Shown here: positions 19,105-28,160 of the stretch, one piece after another | How the letters are laid out: every line of letters starts with the position of its first letter | How positions within the stretch are numbered: position 1 is the stretch's first letter | NCBI GenBank assembly: GCA_050011565.1 | Contig: JBEKIW010000001.1 | Span: forward strand, 384,001-448,000 | Origin: Dehalococcoidia bacterium | GTDB lineage: Bacteria > Chloroflexota > Dehalococcoidia > GIF9 > UBA5629 | Reading direction: 5' to 3' | Length of the DNA stretch: 64,000 bases | Made by a program: the position numbers and the translations under genes | Notes under the pieces: generated by a model | What the model was told of the DNA's origin: nothing | Databases searched by the model: none | What the model saw: only the letters and a program-made list of their open reading frames with translations

Positions 19105-21015
19105 TTAAGCGGATGACCCTATAGGTACCGGTTCCAGCGGGACTTCGATTTGCTCGCCGGACACCTTGGTTACGGCAGCAAAGCGCGGCGGGCAGACATC
19201 GATGCATGTCCCGCATTTAATGCATTTATTCTGGTCAATAACATGGACCAATCGCTTACCGCCGGCGATAGCTTGAGTCGGGCAATTGCGCATACAGAGC
19301 ATGCAGCCCTGACATTTTTCGGGCAGGATATAAAACGAAATCAAATTCTTGCAGGCCAGAGACGGGCAGCGTTTTTCATTGATATGGGCTTCATATTCAT
19401 TGCGGAAATAACGGATGGTAGTCAGCACCGGGTTAGGTGCTGTCTGGCCCAGACCACAGAGCGAGCCTTGCTTAACTGTGGTGGCTATTCTCTCAAGTTG
19501 CTCTATGTCTCCTGTCCTGCCTTCACCCTGAGTAATGCGGGTAAGGATGCCAAGCATTTGCCGTGTACCGACCCGGCAGGGCGGACATTTACCACAGGAT
19601 TCCTCCTGTGTAAAAGTAAGGAAGTATCTCGTCAGGTCTACCATACAGGTGTCTTCGTCAGCCACAATCATGCCGCCGGAGCCGATGATTGAGCCGGCAG
19701 CAGCCAGCGACTCATAGTCAACAGGTGAATCCAGCATTGACGGTGGCAGGCAACCGCCGGAGGGGCCACCGGTCTGCACTGCTTTAAACCCTTTGCCTTT
19801 AAGAATGCCGCCGCCTATGTCGTAGATAATTTGGCGCAGAGTAATGCCCAACGGCACTTCAATAAGCCCGGTGCGCTCAACCTTGCCTACAAGGGCAAAG
19901 GTCTTCGTCCCTTTGCTTTTTTCCGCGCCGTAACTGGCATACCATTCGCTGCCTTTTTGTAATATTCGTGCTGTGTTTGCCCAGGTCTCAACATTATTGA
20001 TGTTTGTCGGTTTGCCCCATAAGCCTGATATTGCCGGGAAAGGAGGTCGAGCACGGGGCATACCACGCTTACCTTCTATGGAAGCCATCAAGGCTGTTTC
20101 TTCGCCGCAAACGAAAGCTCCAGCCCCTTCTTTAATCTTTATATGAAAATCGAAGCCTGAGCCCAGGATGTTATCTCCGATAAAGCCGTACTCTTCCATT
20201 TGTCGGAGCGCCAGCCTGAGTCTTTCCAACGCCAGAGGATATTCGGCACGGCAGTAGATATAGCCATGGTTGGCACCTATGGTATATGCGCCTATAGCCA
20301 TACCCTCCAGTACCGAATGAGGGTCACCTTCCAGAAGAGAGCGATTCATGAAGGCGCCCGGGTCGCCTTCATCAGCATTGCAAATGATATATTTATCGTT
20401 ACCCGGCGCTTTACGGCAGAAATCCCATTTTTGCCCTGTTGGAAAACCGGCGCCACCTCTACCACGCAGTCCCGACTTCTTAATCTCTTCAATTATGGCT
20501 TCGGGTGACATGTTTAAAGCCTTGACCAGGCCGCTGTAACCGCCGTTGGCGATATAGTGGTTGATTTTTTCCGGGTCGATGAAACCGCAGTTGTGCAGTA
20601 CTAAGCGGATTTGGGGCTTCAACACCGGCAGGTCGAACAAATAAGGAATGCCGTCTACGGTACCTTCACCGACATAGCCCATGGCCAGGTCAGAGCGAGG
20701 GTTATCGTTTACCAGGTAGTCCTTAACAAGCTGGGTAGCCAGCTCTGGATTTAAATCTCCGTAGATGATTTGTGGGCGTCCCGGCTTAACAATGCCGATC
20801 ATCGGTTCGGCAAAACATAATCCCATGCAGCCGACCCGAATAATAATAGCCTCGACTTTTTGTCGGGCCAGTTCCTCTTCGATGGCTTGGAGCACGTTGA
20901 ATACCCCGGCAGCGCCGCCACAGGTTCCGGCGCCTACTAAGAGCAATGGCTTCTTGCTAGATTGCAGTGCCTTCCATTCCGAAACTGCTTGTTCTCGAAT
21001 CTTCTCGAAAGTCAC
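19105..21015 (-). CDS. NuoF/HydB-like flavin Fe-S subunit (copy 1)
   Basis: NADEGDPGAFMN, GAGAFVCGEETAL, PPFP, GGPSGG, C-terminal 2x[4Fe-4S]. Confidence 0.92.
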   Translation of the reverse strand: MTFEKIREQAVSEWKALQSSKKPLLLVGAGTCGGAAGVFNVLQAIEEELARQKVEAIIIRVGCMGLCFAEPMIGIVKPGRPQIIYGDLNPELATQLVKDYLVNDNPRSDLAMGYVGEGTVDGIPYLFDLPVLKPQIRLVLHNCGFIDPEKINHYIANGGYSGLVKALNMSPEAIIEEIKKSGLRGRGGAGFPTGQKWDFCRKAPGNDKYIICNADEGDPGAFMNRSLLEGDPHSVLEGMAIGAYTIGANHGYIYCRAEYPLALERLRLALRQMEEYGFIGDNILGSGFDFHIKIKEGAGAFVCGEETALMASIEGKRGMPRARPPFPAISGLWGKPTNINNVETWANTARILQKGSEWYASYGAEKSKGTKTFALVGKVERTGLIEVPLGITLRQIIYDIGGGILKGKGFKAVQTGGPSGGCLPPSMLDSPVDYESLAAAGSIIGSGGMIVADEDTCMVDLTRYFLTFTQEESCGKCPPCRVGTRQMLGILTRITQGEGRTGDIEQLERIATTVKQGSLCGLGQTAPNPVLTTIRYFRNEYEAHINEKRCPSLACKNLISFYILPEKCQGCMLCMRNCPTQAIAGGKRLVHVIDQNKCIKCGTCIDVCPPRFAAVTKVSGEQIEVPLEPVPIGSSA

Positions 21016-21027
21016 TGAGCCGTACCT

Positions 21028-21477
21028 TCATTCATACTTGGTTATGGTGTCCTTTGCCTTGGACACTGTCATTCGCCCGTAAACATCTTTGTCTACGACT
21101 AATACAGGAGCTAGGGCACAGGAGCCGAAGCAGGCTACTCTCTCCAGGCTGAATTTGTTATCTTTGGTTGTGCCTCCGGACTCAACGTCAAGTTCTCTCT
21201 TGACTTCATCCAGAATTCGCTCGCCGCCGCGGACGTGGCATGCTGTGCCCAGGCAAACTTTTACTGTGTGCTTACCGCGGGCGGTGAAGTAAAACTGGGC
21301 GTAGAAAGTCGCGACTCCAAAGACTTCGCTTTCGGACATCCCGCAGGACTTGGCGATTTCGGCGATTGTCTCCTCAGGTAAATAGCCGAAGTTCTCCTGC
21401 ACCTTCTGTAGAATTGGAATTAATGCTCCCCTCTCCCCCTTATATTCAGCCACTATTTTAGCTAATTCATCGGGCAA
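21028..21477 (-). CDS. NuoE/HydC-like [2Fe-2S] subunit (copy 1)
   Basis: VCLGTACHVRG, VACFGSCALAP; TTG start after GGGGAGG. Confidence 0.9.
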   Translation of the reverse strand: MPDELAKIVAEYKGERGALIPILQKVQENFGYLPEETIAEIAKSCGMSESEVFGVATFYAQFYFTARGKHTVKVCLGTACHVRGGERILDEVKRELDVESGGTTKDNKFSLERVACFGSCALAPVLVVDKDVYGRMTVSKAKDTITKYE

Positions 21478-21511
21478 ATAAGCCTCCCCGTAGGTGAGTA
21501 ACCAAATCTGA

Positions 21512-21540
21512 AGTTTAGCAAAAAAAGCCGTTTCGGTCAA
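21512..21540 (-). promoter_or_regulatory. sigma70-type promoter of the fdh/nfn operon
   Basis: TTGACC-17 nt-TAAACT. Confidence 0.55.
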
Positions 21541-21620
21541 TTGCCGCCCAAGCTGAATTGTGCTTTTTTCTTCAGGTGAACCGGCGATGCAGGTACTCCA
21601 GTGCCGGTTAATAATGATTC

Positions 21621-22454
21621 TTACGCCAGGATTATATTGTCAATGAGCCTCGTCTTGCTGAATCTAACTGCCAGCGAAGCCAGCGCCGGCCTCTCGATTT
21701 TAGACAGTTCTTCCAGAGTGTCGGCGTTGGCAATGCTGACGTATTCAATTTTCGCCAGTGGTTCCAGGCTGATGAGTGAGGCCATTTGTTGGCGCACGGT
21801 CTCGGCATTCCTCTCGCCTTTCTTCAAGAGGTTTTGAGCCAGTGTCAGAGCCTTGAACAGGACAGTAGCTGCCTGGCGCTCCTGAGGGTTGAGGTAAACG
21901 TTGCGGCTGCTCATAGCCAGCCCATCGCTCTCCCGGACGGTAGGCGCTACTATTACTTCGAGATTCATGTTGAGGTCGGCGACCATTTTCTTGATGACCA
22001 GTGCTTGCTGGGCATCTTTCTGCCCGAAATAGGCTCGGATAGGCTCGACGATGTTAAATAGTTTGGCGACCACGGTAGCCACTCCCTTGAAATGCCCCGG
22101 ACGGTGACACCCTTCAAGTCGGTCTGTAACCTTTTGCACATCCACCCAACTGCTGAACCTGTCAGGGTACATCTCTTCCACTGACGGCATGAAGACGACG
22201 TCCGTCTTTTCTTTTTGCAGCATGTCCAGATCACGCTCTGTATCGCGGGGATAAGTTTTGAAGTCCTCGGTGGGGCCGAATTGGGTGGGATTGACGAAGA
22301 TGCTGACTACAACTACAGAGTTCTCGGCTCGAGCTTGCCGGACTAAAGCCAGATGCCCCTGGTGAAGATAACCCATGGTAGGTACAAAGCCCACGGAGCC
22401 AGGGCTCTTTATCCTCGCGGCCTTCATTTCGGCAATGCTTTTGGCTATTTGCAT
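21621..22454 (-). CDS. panC: Pantoate--beta-alanine ligase
   Basis: PTMGYLHQGH, SIFVNPTQF, FGQKDAQQ, GLAMSSRN, RLIDN. Confidence 0.97.
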   Translation of the reverse strand: MQIAKSIAEMKAARIKSPGSVGFVPTMGYLHQGHLALVRQARAENSVVVVSIFVNPTQFGPTEDFKTYPRDTERDLDMLQKEKTDVVFMPSVEEMYPDRFSSWVDVQKVTDRLEGCHRPGHFKGVATVVAKLFNIVEPIRAYFGQKDAQQALVIKKMVADLNMNLEVIVAPTVRESDGLAMSSRNVYLNPQERQAATVLFKALTLAQNLLKKGERNAETVRQQMASLISLEPLAKIEYVSIANADTLEELSKIERPALASLAVRFSKTRLIDNIILA

Positions 22455-22460
22455 GGCTCT

Positions 22461-23294
22461 TCAGGCACGCGCTAGCTCTTCAAGCAGGCTCTCATCTATG
22501 GTAGAGCTATTTTGGGGGGTGGGAAACTTACCAGCTTTGACTTCGGCGATGTAATCGGCGAGGGCGGTTCTAATAGAACCCGCTAATTTGGCATACTGCT
22601 TGGCATGCTTGGGCACAAAATCTGAAAACAGGCCAAGAAGGTCGCTGATTACCTGCACCTGGCCGTCGCAGTCAGGTCCGGCGCCGATACCGATGGTGGG
22701 GATGCTTAGCTTCTGAGAGATTAGCTTCGAAAGAGGTGCCGGCACCAGTTCTAAAACAACAGCGAAAGCGCCGGCTTGTTCCAGAGCTTGAGCATCTTTG
22801 AGCAATCGCTCGGCAGCCTCAGGAGTTTTACCCTGTACCCGGTGGCCTCCGAGTTGATGAACGGATTGCGGAGTCAGCCCGATGTGTCCCATTACCGGTA
22901 TGCCACATTCCACAATCCGCTTTACTGTATCGGCGACGGTTACGCCGCCCTCCAATTTAATCGCCTGAGCACCGCCCTCCTGGATAAATCGTGCTGCGTT
23001 ACGCAGAGCATCGGCTATGCTGGTGTGATAAGTCATAAACGGCATATCGCCTATTACCATAGATTGTTTGGTGCCCCGAACTACAGCCCTGGTGTGATGT
23101 ATCATTTCATCCATAGTCACCGGAATGGTCGATTCATAGCCCAGTATTACCATCCCCAGGCTGTCACCGACTAAAATCAATGGTATGCCAGCCTCGTCCA
23201 CCAGTTTGGCCGTGGAATAGTCATAGGCGGTAAGCATGACTATTTTTTCTTTCTTGACTTTCATTTCCTTTACTTCGTTAATGCTAACTCTCAT
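22461..23294 (-). CDS. panB: 3-methyl-2-oxobutanoate hydroxymethyltransferase
   Basis: LTAYD, LVGDSLGM, DMPF, KLEGG, GHIGLTPQ. Confidence 0.97.
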   Translation of the reverse strand: MRVSINEVKEMKVKKEKIVMLTAYDYSTAKLVDEAGIPLILVGDSLGMVILGYESTIPVTMDEMIHHTRAVVRGTKQSMVIGDMPFMTYHTSIADALRNAARFIQEGGAQAIKLEGGVTVADTVKRIVECGIPVMGHIGLTPQSVHQLGGHRVQGKTPEAAERLLKDAQALEQAGAFAVVLELVPAPLSKLISQKLSIPTIGIGAGPDCDGQVQVISDLLGLFSDFVPKHAKQYAKLAGSIRTALADYIAEVKAGKFPTPQNSSTIDESLLEELARA

Positions 23295-23321
23295 TTTCAC
23301 ACCTCCTCTTAGTCATCGTCT

Positions 23322-23714
23322 TTAATGTGTCGATAACAAATCTTTAGTCCAGTCCCGTGTGCCTTTGGTATCAACGATTCGATTTTGTGAATCTACATAC
23401 ACCAGCCGGGGGCTAAATGTGGCAGATTCGTCTTCGGCAACCAAGTGATAAGACAGGACAATCACAATATCACTCTTAGCCACGAGTCTGGCGGCTGCGC
23501 CGTTGAGGCAAATTTCGCCTGAGCCTCTTTCTCCTTCAATCGCGTAGGTGTGAAACCTGGCGCTGTTGTTGATGTTCAACACTTCCACTTTTTCGAACTG
23601 GAGTATGTCGGCTGCTTCCATTAAATCCTTGTCGATGGTTATGCTGCCTTCATAGTCGACATTACACTGGGTAACTCGAGCGCGGTGGATTTTACTTTTA
23701 AGCATCGTTCTCAT
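23322..23714 (-). CDS. panD: Aspartate 1-decarboxylase
   Basis: [15 protein letters not shown] (G-S autocleavage), LNGAAAR. Confidence 0.97.
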   Translation of the reverse strand: MRTMLKSKIHRARVTQCNVDYEGSITIDKDLMEAADILQFEKVEVLNINNSARFHTYAIEGERGSGEICLNGAAARLVAKSDIVIVLSYHLVAEDESATFSPRLVYVDSQNRIVDTKGTRDWTKDLLSTH

Positions 23715-23733
23715 TTTGTCACCTCGTTTTGTT

Positions 23734-24603
23734 TTATCTCAGTAAAGTATTTAGCTCTTCGGCTCTTTGCGAATCTATTTTTCCTTTAGCTAAGGCAATC
23801 GGCACTGTCTGCCGTCCTAACTCTTTGTAGATGCCGAGAAGGGATGGGGCCTGTTTTGACAAAGATTCCAGATGCCTGCTAATAGTTCCCAGGTCGCCCC
23901 GGGCAATCGGGCCGGTCAAGCAGTTCGGCAAACCGACGTTTTCGATATTGCTTAATGTGCCCCGAAGTAATGGCATCAGCGCTTTGGTGGCTTGTGCCGG
24001 GGGCACCTCGAATGTCTGCCATAGGTCTGTAGCCAGCTTGACCAGAGTCACCAGATAATTACAGGCGAAGACAGCCGCAGCATGGTACAGCACCTTATCA
24101 CCGGCTTTTAGAATTACCCAAGCGCCTTCCAAAGCAATAGCCATCTTGTTAAGCACGGATGCCAGCGGTTCTTCAGCTTCGATGGCAAAGGTGGAACCGG
24201 GGATGTTGTCTATCGCCTGGTCAACGCTGGCGAAAGTCTGTAACGGATGAAAACAGCCCGTGCTAGCTCCTCGTAGTTTTGCCGGCTCCAAAATATCGAC
24301 AGAATGGGCGCCGCTGCAGTGAACTACACTTTGTCCATCGTGCCACCTTACTTCGGCGGCCACCTTAGAAATGGTGTCATCTGGTGTGGTGATAAAAACA
24401 AGTTGAGCGACATCTGCTACCTCTTGTGCTCCGCTATAAACTTTGCAGCCGCTTATCCTTGAAGCCAGCTTTTCTGCTGAGGTTAAGCTCCGGCTGGATA
24501 CGGCAGTAACCGGGTATCCGTGCTGAGCCAGCCTTACCGCGAGAGCCGTACCCGTCGTTCCGGCACCTATGAAGCCAATCGTTCCTGCATTCTGCTTCTT
24601 CAT
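23734..24603 (-). CDS. Rossmann-like/DUF2520 protein, probable PanG-type ketopantoate reductase
   Basis: [34 protein letters not shown]; lies in pan operon that has no panE. Confidence 0.75.
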   Translation of the reverse strand: MKKQNAGTIGFIGAGTTGTALAVRLAQHGYPVTAVSSRSLTSAEKLASRISGCKVYSGAQEVADVAQLVFITTPDDTISKVAAEVRWHDGQSVVHCSGAHSVDILEPAKLRGASTGCFHPLQTFASVDQAIDNIPGSTFAIEAEEPLASVLNKMAIALEGAWVILKAGDKVLYHAAAVFACNYLVTLVKLATDLWQTFEVPPAQATKALMPLLRGTLSNIENVGLPNCLTGPIARGDLGTISRHLESLSKQAPSLLGIYKELGRQTVPIALAKGKIDSQRAEELNTLLR

Positions 24604-25565
24604 GGCATGTCCTTCATGGCCGGTATGCCGGCCAGTGTTTCCGCCTGTTGAACTGCCCTGACTATGGCATCGGCCACCACCTCAGCGGCTGCCGTCCCTA
24701 ACATCGTAATGTCGCCCATCTTGTCACCCAGAGATAACGCAAATATAATATCGCCATCATACATCGTATGGCTCGGGTTGATAGCCCGGGCTATACCGTC
24801 CTGCGCCATCTGCGCTAGTTTATTCACCTGTTCCTTGGTTAAGTTGGCGTTGGTAGCCACCACGCCCAGGGTGGTATTTGTGGCAAGTGGGTTTTTACTG
24901 TAGGTATACGCACCTCCAGTTAATAGCTCTACGGTACTAATAAAACCATTATTCTCCTCGTTACGAGGGCCGGCCACTATTTTCCCTGTTTGGTGGTCAA
25001 TAATGTCGCCGATGGCGTTGACCACGACAAGCGCCGCCACGATTACGTCATCACCTATTTTGCAGCTGGCCGTGCCCAGTCCGCTCTTAGTAGCTCGTTC
25101 TATGCCCAGGATTTTCCCCACCGTAGCGCCGGTACCGGCACCAACGCAGCCCCCCGAAACCTCCTTTTCCGTGGCAGCTAGGCAAGCCTTGTAGCCCTCT
25201 TCGGCGCCAGGTCTGATTTTAGAGCTGCCTACGTTCAGGTCGAAAAGAATGGCTGCGGGAACGATAGGCACTTTGGCTACCATCGTTTCGTGGCCGAAAC
25301 CTCGTTCCTCAAGGTAGCGCATGACACCGCCGGCGGCATCGAGGCCGAAAGCACTGCCACCGCTCAGGAGAACGGCTTGAACTTTTTCCACCAGATTCAT
25401 AGGTCGGAGAAGGTCAGTCTCTCTGGTTCCCGGTGCCGAGCCCCTGACGTCGACGCCGGCTACCGCACCGGTCTCACACAGAATCACGGTGCAGCCGGTA
25501 GCCGCCGCCCTGTCGGTGTAATGTCCGACTTTTATTCCAGTAACATCGGTTATAGCGTTGTACAT
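24600..25565 (-). CDS. P1/S58 (DmpA/ThnT-like) autoproteolytic hydrolase
   Basis: ITDVTGIKVGH, GSAPGTRETDLL, GGSAFGL, NTTLGVVATN, HTMYDGD. Confidence 0.88.
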   Translation of the reverse strand: MYNAITDVTGIKVGHYTDRAAATGCTVILCETGAVAGVDVRGSAPGTRETDLLRPMNLVEKVQAVLLSGGSAFGLDAAGGVMRYLEERGFGHETMVAKVPIVPAAILFDLNVGSSKIRPGAEEGYKACLAATEKEVSGGCVGAGTGATVGKILGIERATKSGLGTASCKIGDDVIVAALVVVNAIGDIIDHQTGKIVAGPRNEENNGFISTVELLTGGAYTYSKNPLATNTTLGVVATNANLTKEQVNKLAQMAQDGIARAINPSHTMYDGDIIFALSLGDKMGDITMLGTAAAEVVADAIVRAVQQAETLAGIPAMKDMP

Positions 25566-25575
25566 CGCCCCCCCC

Positions 25576-25711
25576 AAAAAGAAAGCCTTCTCAGCGTTGC
25601 CGAGAAGGCTCAATAAACACTACCCCTATTTCCCGTCTCGGTCATCGCTGATCCAAGCGGTCCTTATTTATTTCCTAAGTAAACCTGCTCACCGCCATTA
25701 AGGTCGATGGC
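25576..25711 (-). promoter_or_regulatory. pan operon leader with intrinsic terminator (candidate pan RNA motif/attenuator)
   Basis: Terminator AGCCTTCTCGG..CTGAGAAGGCT+TTCTTTTT directly before the first gene; upstream CGCTTGGATCAGCG..GACCGAGACGG element. Confidence 0.65.
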
Positions 25712-25718
25712 AATAGTA

Positions 25719-25747
25719 ATGATAAGGAATTTTGCCCATCGTGTCAA
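25719..25747 (-). promoter_or_regulatory. sigma70-type promoter of pan operon
   Basis: TTGACA-17 nt-TATCAT. Confidence 0.7.
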
Positions 25748-25784
25748 TAGGCAAAAGGTCATGTTTGACTGTGAGATTGGTGGT

Positions 25785-25859
25785 TGGAGCGGGAGACGGG
25801 ATTCGAACCCGCGACAGCCTGCTTGGAAGGCAGGAACTCTACCACTGAGTTACTCCCGC
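25785..25859 (-). tRNA. tRNA-Gly(TCC)
   Basis: Cloverleaf GCGGGAG...CTCCCGCTCCA; anticodon loop CT-TCC-AA. Confidence 0.96.
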
Positions 25860-25967
25860 TCGAATCACACTCATTTTAACTGTGGATAAAGCCGTTGTCA
25901 AAGGGGCATTTATGTTTTATTGAAACCAGGCAAAATTAAAGGATTATTGAGCTTTATTTGATGTGGA

Positions 25968-26594
25968 CTAGGTAACTCTGGCCTTTATGATGGCTACCAG
26001 GCCGCCCTTAAGGTAATCTCTTTTTTCCTCATGCAAATTGAATACTTTAAGTATATGCTCCAGACCACCGCTGATAATATAGTCTTTGAAGCCTTCATAG
26101 TGGTCGCCACCGGCAATGAATTCCACAGTACGGGACAGGAAACCCCAGATTCTGCTGACGTGCGGGACCGGATAATCTATGAATATAAGGGCACCATCCG
26201 GCTTTAGTACCCTTATCATCTCGGAAACAACTTTATATCGTGCTAATTTTGATTTGTCATGTAATGCTAGAGATACCGATACGTAGTCAAAGCAGTTATC
26301 GACAAAGGACAGCTCGGTAGCATCAGCCAAGTAAAAGGAGATATTCGCTAGATTGTTCTTGGCTCTGTTTCGTAAAGCGGCTTTCAACATACTCGGGTCT
26401 ATATCTAATCCCGTGGCGATTATGCCGCGGCGCCTGTATTCAATGACCTGCGCTCCGGTTCCGCAGCAGACATCCAGTACTCTATCGCCAGGACTCATGC
26501 CACAAAATTCCGGGGTGAACTTCCGGATTTCAGCCAGTAAGGGGTCTATTAAGGTTTCATAATTTAATAAAAACATCGGCTTAAATATTAGCAT
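25968..26594 (-). CDS. Class I SAM-dependent methyltransferase (UbiE-like)
   Basis: VLDVCCGTG motif I, FDYVSVSLALH, RVLKPDG. Confidence 0.85.
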   Translation of the reverse strand: MLIFKPMFLLNYETLIDPLLAEIRKFTPEFCGMSPGDRVLDVCCGTGAQVIEYRRRGIIATGLDIDPSMLKAALRNRAKNNLANISFYLADATELSFVDNCFDYVSVSLALHDKSKLARYKVVSEMIRVLKPDGALIFIDYPVPHVSRIWGFLSRTVEFIAGGDHYEGFKDYIISGGLEHILKVFNLHEEKRDYLKGGLVAIIKARVT

Positions 26595-26666
26595 ACTATT
26601 GACACGGCCAATACGCTGGCGTATTCTTAGTAATTAAATTTATGCAGAGAGGGGGTATACCGCGAT

Positions 26667-26990
26667 ATGGCAAAAACTTCAACTGGGCTGGATGAAAATG
26701 TTGCCGGATTGTTGTGTTATGTTCTAGGTTGGGTAAGCGGTCTTGTTTTCTTTTTGATAGAGAAGGAGAACAAGTTTGTCCGTTTCCATGCTTTACAGTC
26801 TATCATCGTGTTTGGTGTTCTATTTCTTGCTGGCTTTATCATCGGCTGGATACCTATCATTGGATTGGTGATTGGTTGGCTTATCTCGGTGCTGGCCTTT
26901 GTGTTGTGGATAATTTTGATGATTAAGGCTTACCAAGGTGAGAAATTTAAGCTCCCTTGGGCAGGCAATCTGGCCGAGAAGAACGCTTAA
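26667..26990 (+). CDS. DUF4870-like membrane protein
   Basis: GLDENVAGLLCY..VRFHALQS..KAYQGEKFKLP; 3 TM segments. Confidence 0.8.
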   Translation: MAKTSTGLDENVAGLLCYVLGWVSGLVFFLIEKENKFVRFHALQSIIVFGVLFLAGFIIGWIPIIGLVIGWLISVLAFVLWIILMIKAYQGEKFKLPWAGNLAEKNA

Positions 26991-27043
26991 CCTGCCAGAC
27001 AATAATTTTATATCCGCGGGCTTTATTTTTGCTCTGTATTTTC

Positions 27044-27910
27044 CTAGGGTAGTCGTTTGCCGTCCGGTGTGTAGTTGTAGAAGCCTTTGCCGACCTTCCG
27101 GCCCAGGCGGCCTTCTTTTACCATCTGCTCTATTATATTGGAGCGAGTCGTCAACTCACCCGCGCCTAAAGCTTTCCAGGATTGTTCTATAAGGAGGTAG
27201 GTGTCCAGCCCGGCATTGTCAGCGATTTCGAATGGTCCGGCGCCCCAACCGTAACCCAGTCGCATACCTTTATCCACGTCTTCGGGTGTTGTTATCCCTT
27301 CAGCAACCAGGTTCAGTGCTGCTCGCCAGGCCGCAGAGTAGACACGGTTCATGACGAAACCGGGGATATCCCGCTTAACCCGAATTGGTGTCTTACCCAG
27401 GGATTTAACAAAAGCCACGCCGTGTTCAAAGATATCGTCGGTAGTTTTGTCTCCTTTGATGACTTCTACCAGTCCCATGAGAGGAACTGGCCCGAAGAAA
27501 TGCAGCCCCAGCACTCTCTCCGGATGTTTGAGCGATGGGGTAAAGCGGCTCATAGGCATAGTAGAGGTGTTGGTTGCCAACGGGGTCGTTGGTGGAGCCA
27601 GGCGGTCGACTTCTTGGAAAATCTCCTTTTTGAGCTCTTCTATCTCCAACACGGACTCAATTACCCAGTCTGCTTTGGCTGCGCTGCTAAGGTCTTTTTC
27701 AGGTGTGATTCGGTCGAAAATATTTTGGGCCGAATCTTTGAGCAGTCCCTTACTACAAAGTTTTTCCAGCGACCATTTAATCTCGTCCATGGCTTTTTCC
27801 AGCGTTTTGGTCGTGTTGTACTTCAGATAGACCCGATAACCTGATTGGGCGCATACTTGAGCAATACCACGACCCATGAACCCGGTGCCAATAACTAAGA
27901 CATTTTCCAT
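27044..27910 (-). CDS. 3-hydroxyacyl-CoA dehydrogenase family protein
   Basis: GTGFMGRGIA, TNTST, GLHFF, PGFVMNR, GRLGRKVGKGFY. Confidence 0.9.
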   Translation of the reverse strand: MENVLVIGTGFMGRGIAQVCAQSGYRVYLKYNTTKTLEKAMDEIKWSLEKLCSKGLLKDSAQNIFDRITPEKDLSSAAKADWVIESVLEIEELKKEIFQEVDRLAPPTTPLATNTSTMPMSRFTPSLKHPERVLGLHFFGPVPLMGLVEVIKGDKTTDDIFEHGVAFVKSLGKTPIRVKRDIPGFVMNRVYSAAWRAALNLVAEGITTPEDVDKGMRLGYGWGAGPFEIADNAGLDTYLLIEQSWKALGAGELTTRSNIIEQMVKEGRLGRKVGKGFYNYTPDGKRLP

Positions 27911-28160
27911 TGTTTTTTCTCCCGGTAATATTTGTCGGTTAGTCTTCTCCGCCTGGCTGACAGTGGATATTCTTAAGCCGGCCGAGCTTGAATCTGGCCT
28001 GCTATTCTACTGCTATACCTTATAGAAATCAATATCTCGTAGATTGTGGTTCTGCATCATTGTTAGGATGCGCGAAGCGCAGTCATCATTTGACATAACT
28101 TGGTATTGATAGTATTATGCCTCAGAATAAGAGACTGGTGCCTTAAGGAGCGTTTTATAT

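Noticed and set aside
27182-27844. Long antisense ORFs here and at 46627-47331 and 61429-62241
   Set aside because: Shadows of well-supported genes on the opposite strand with no motifs of their own
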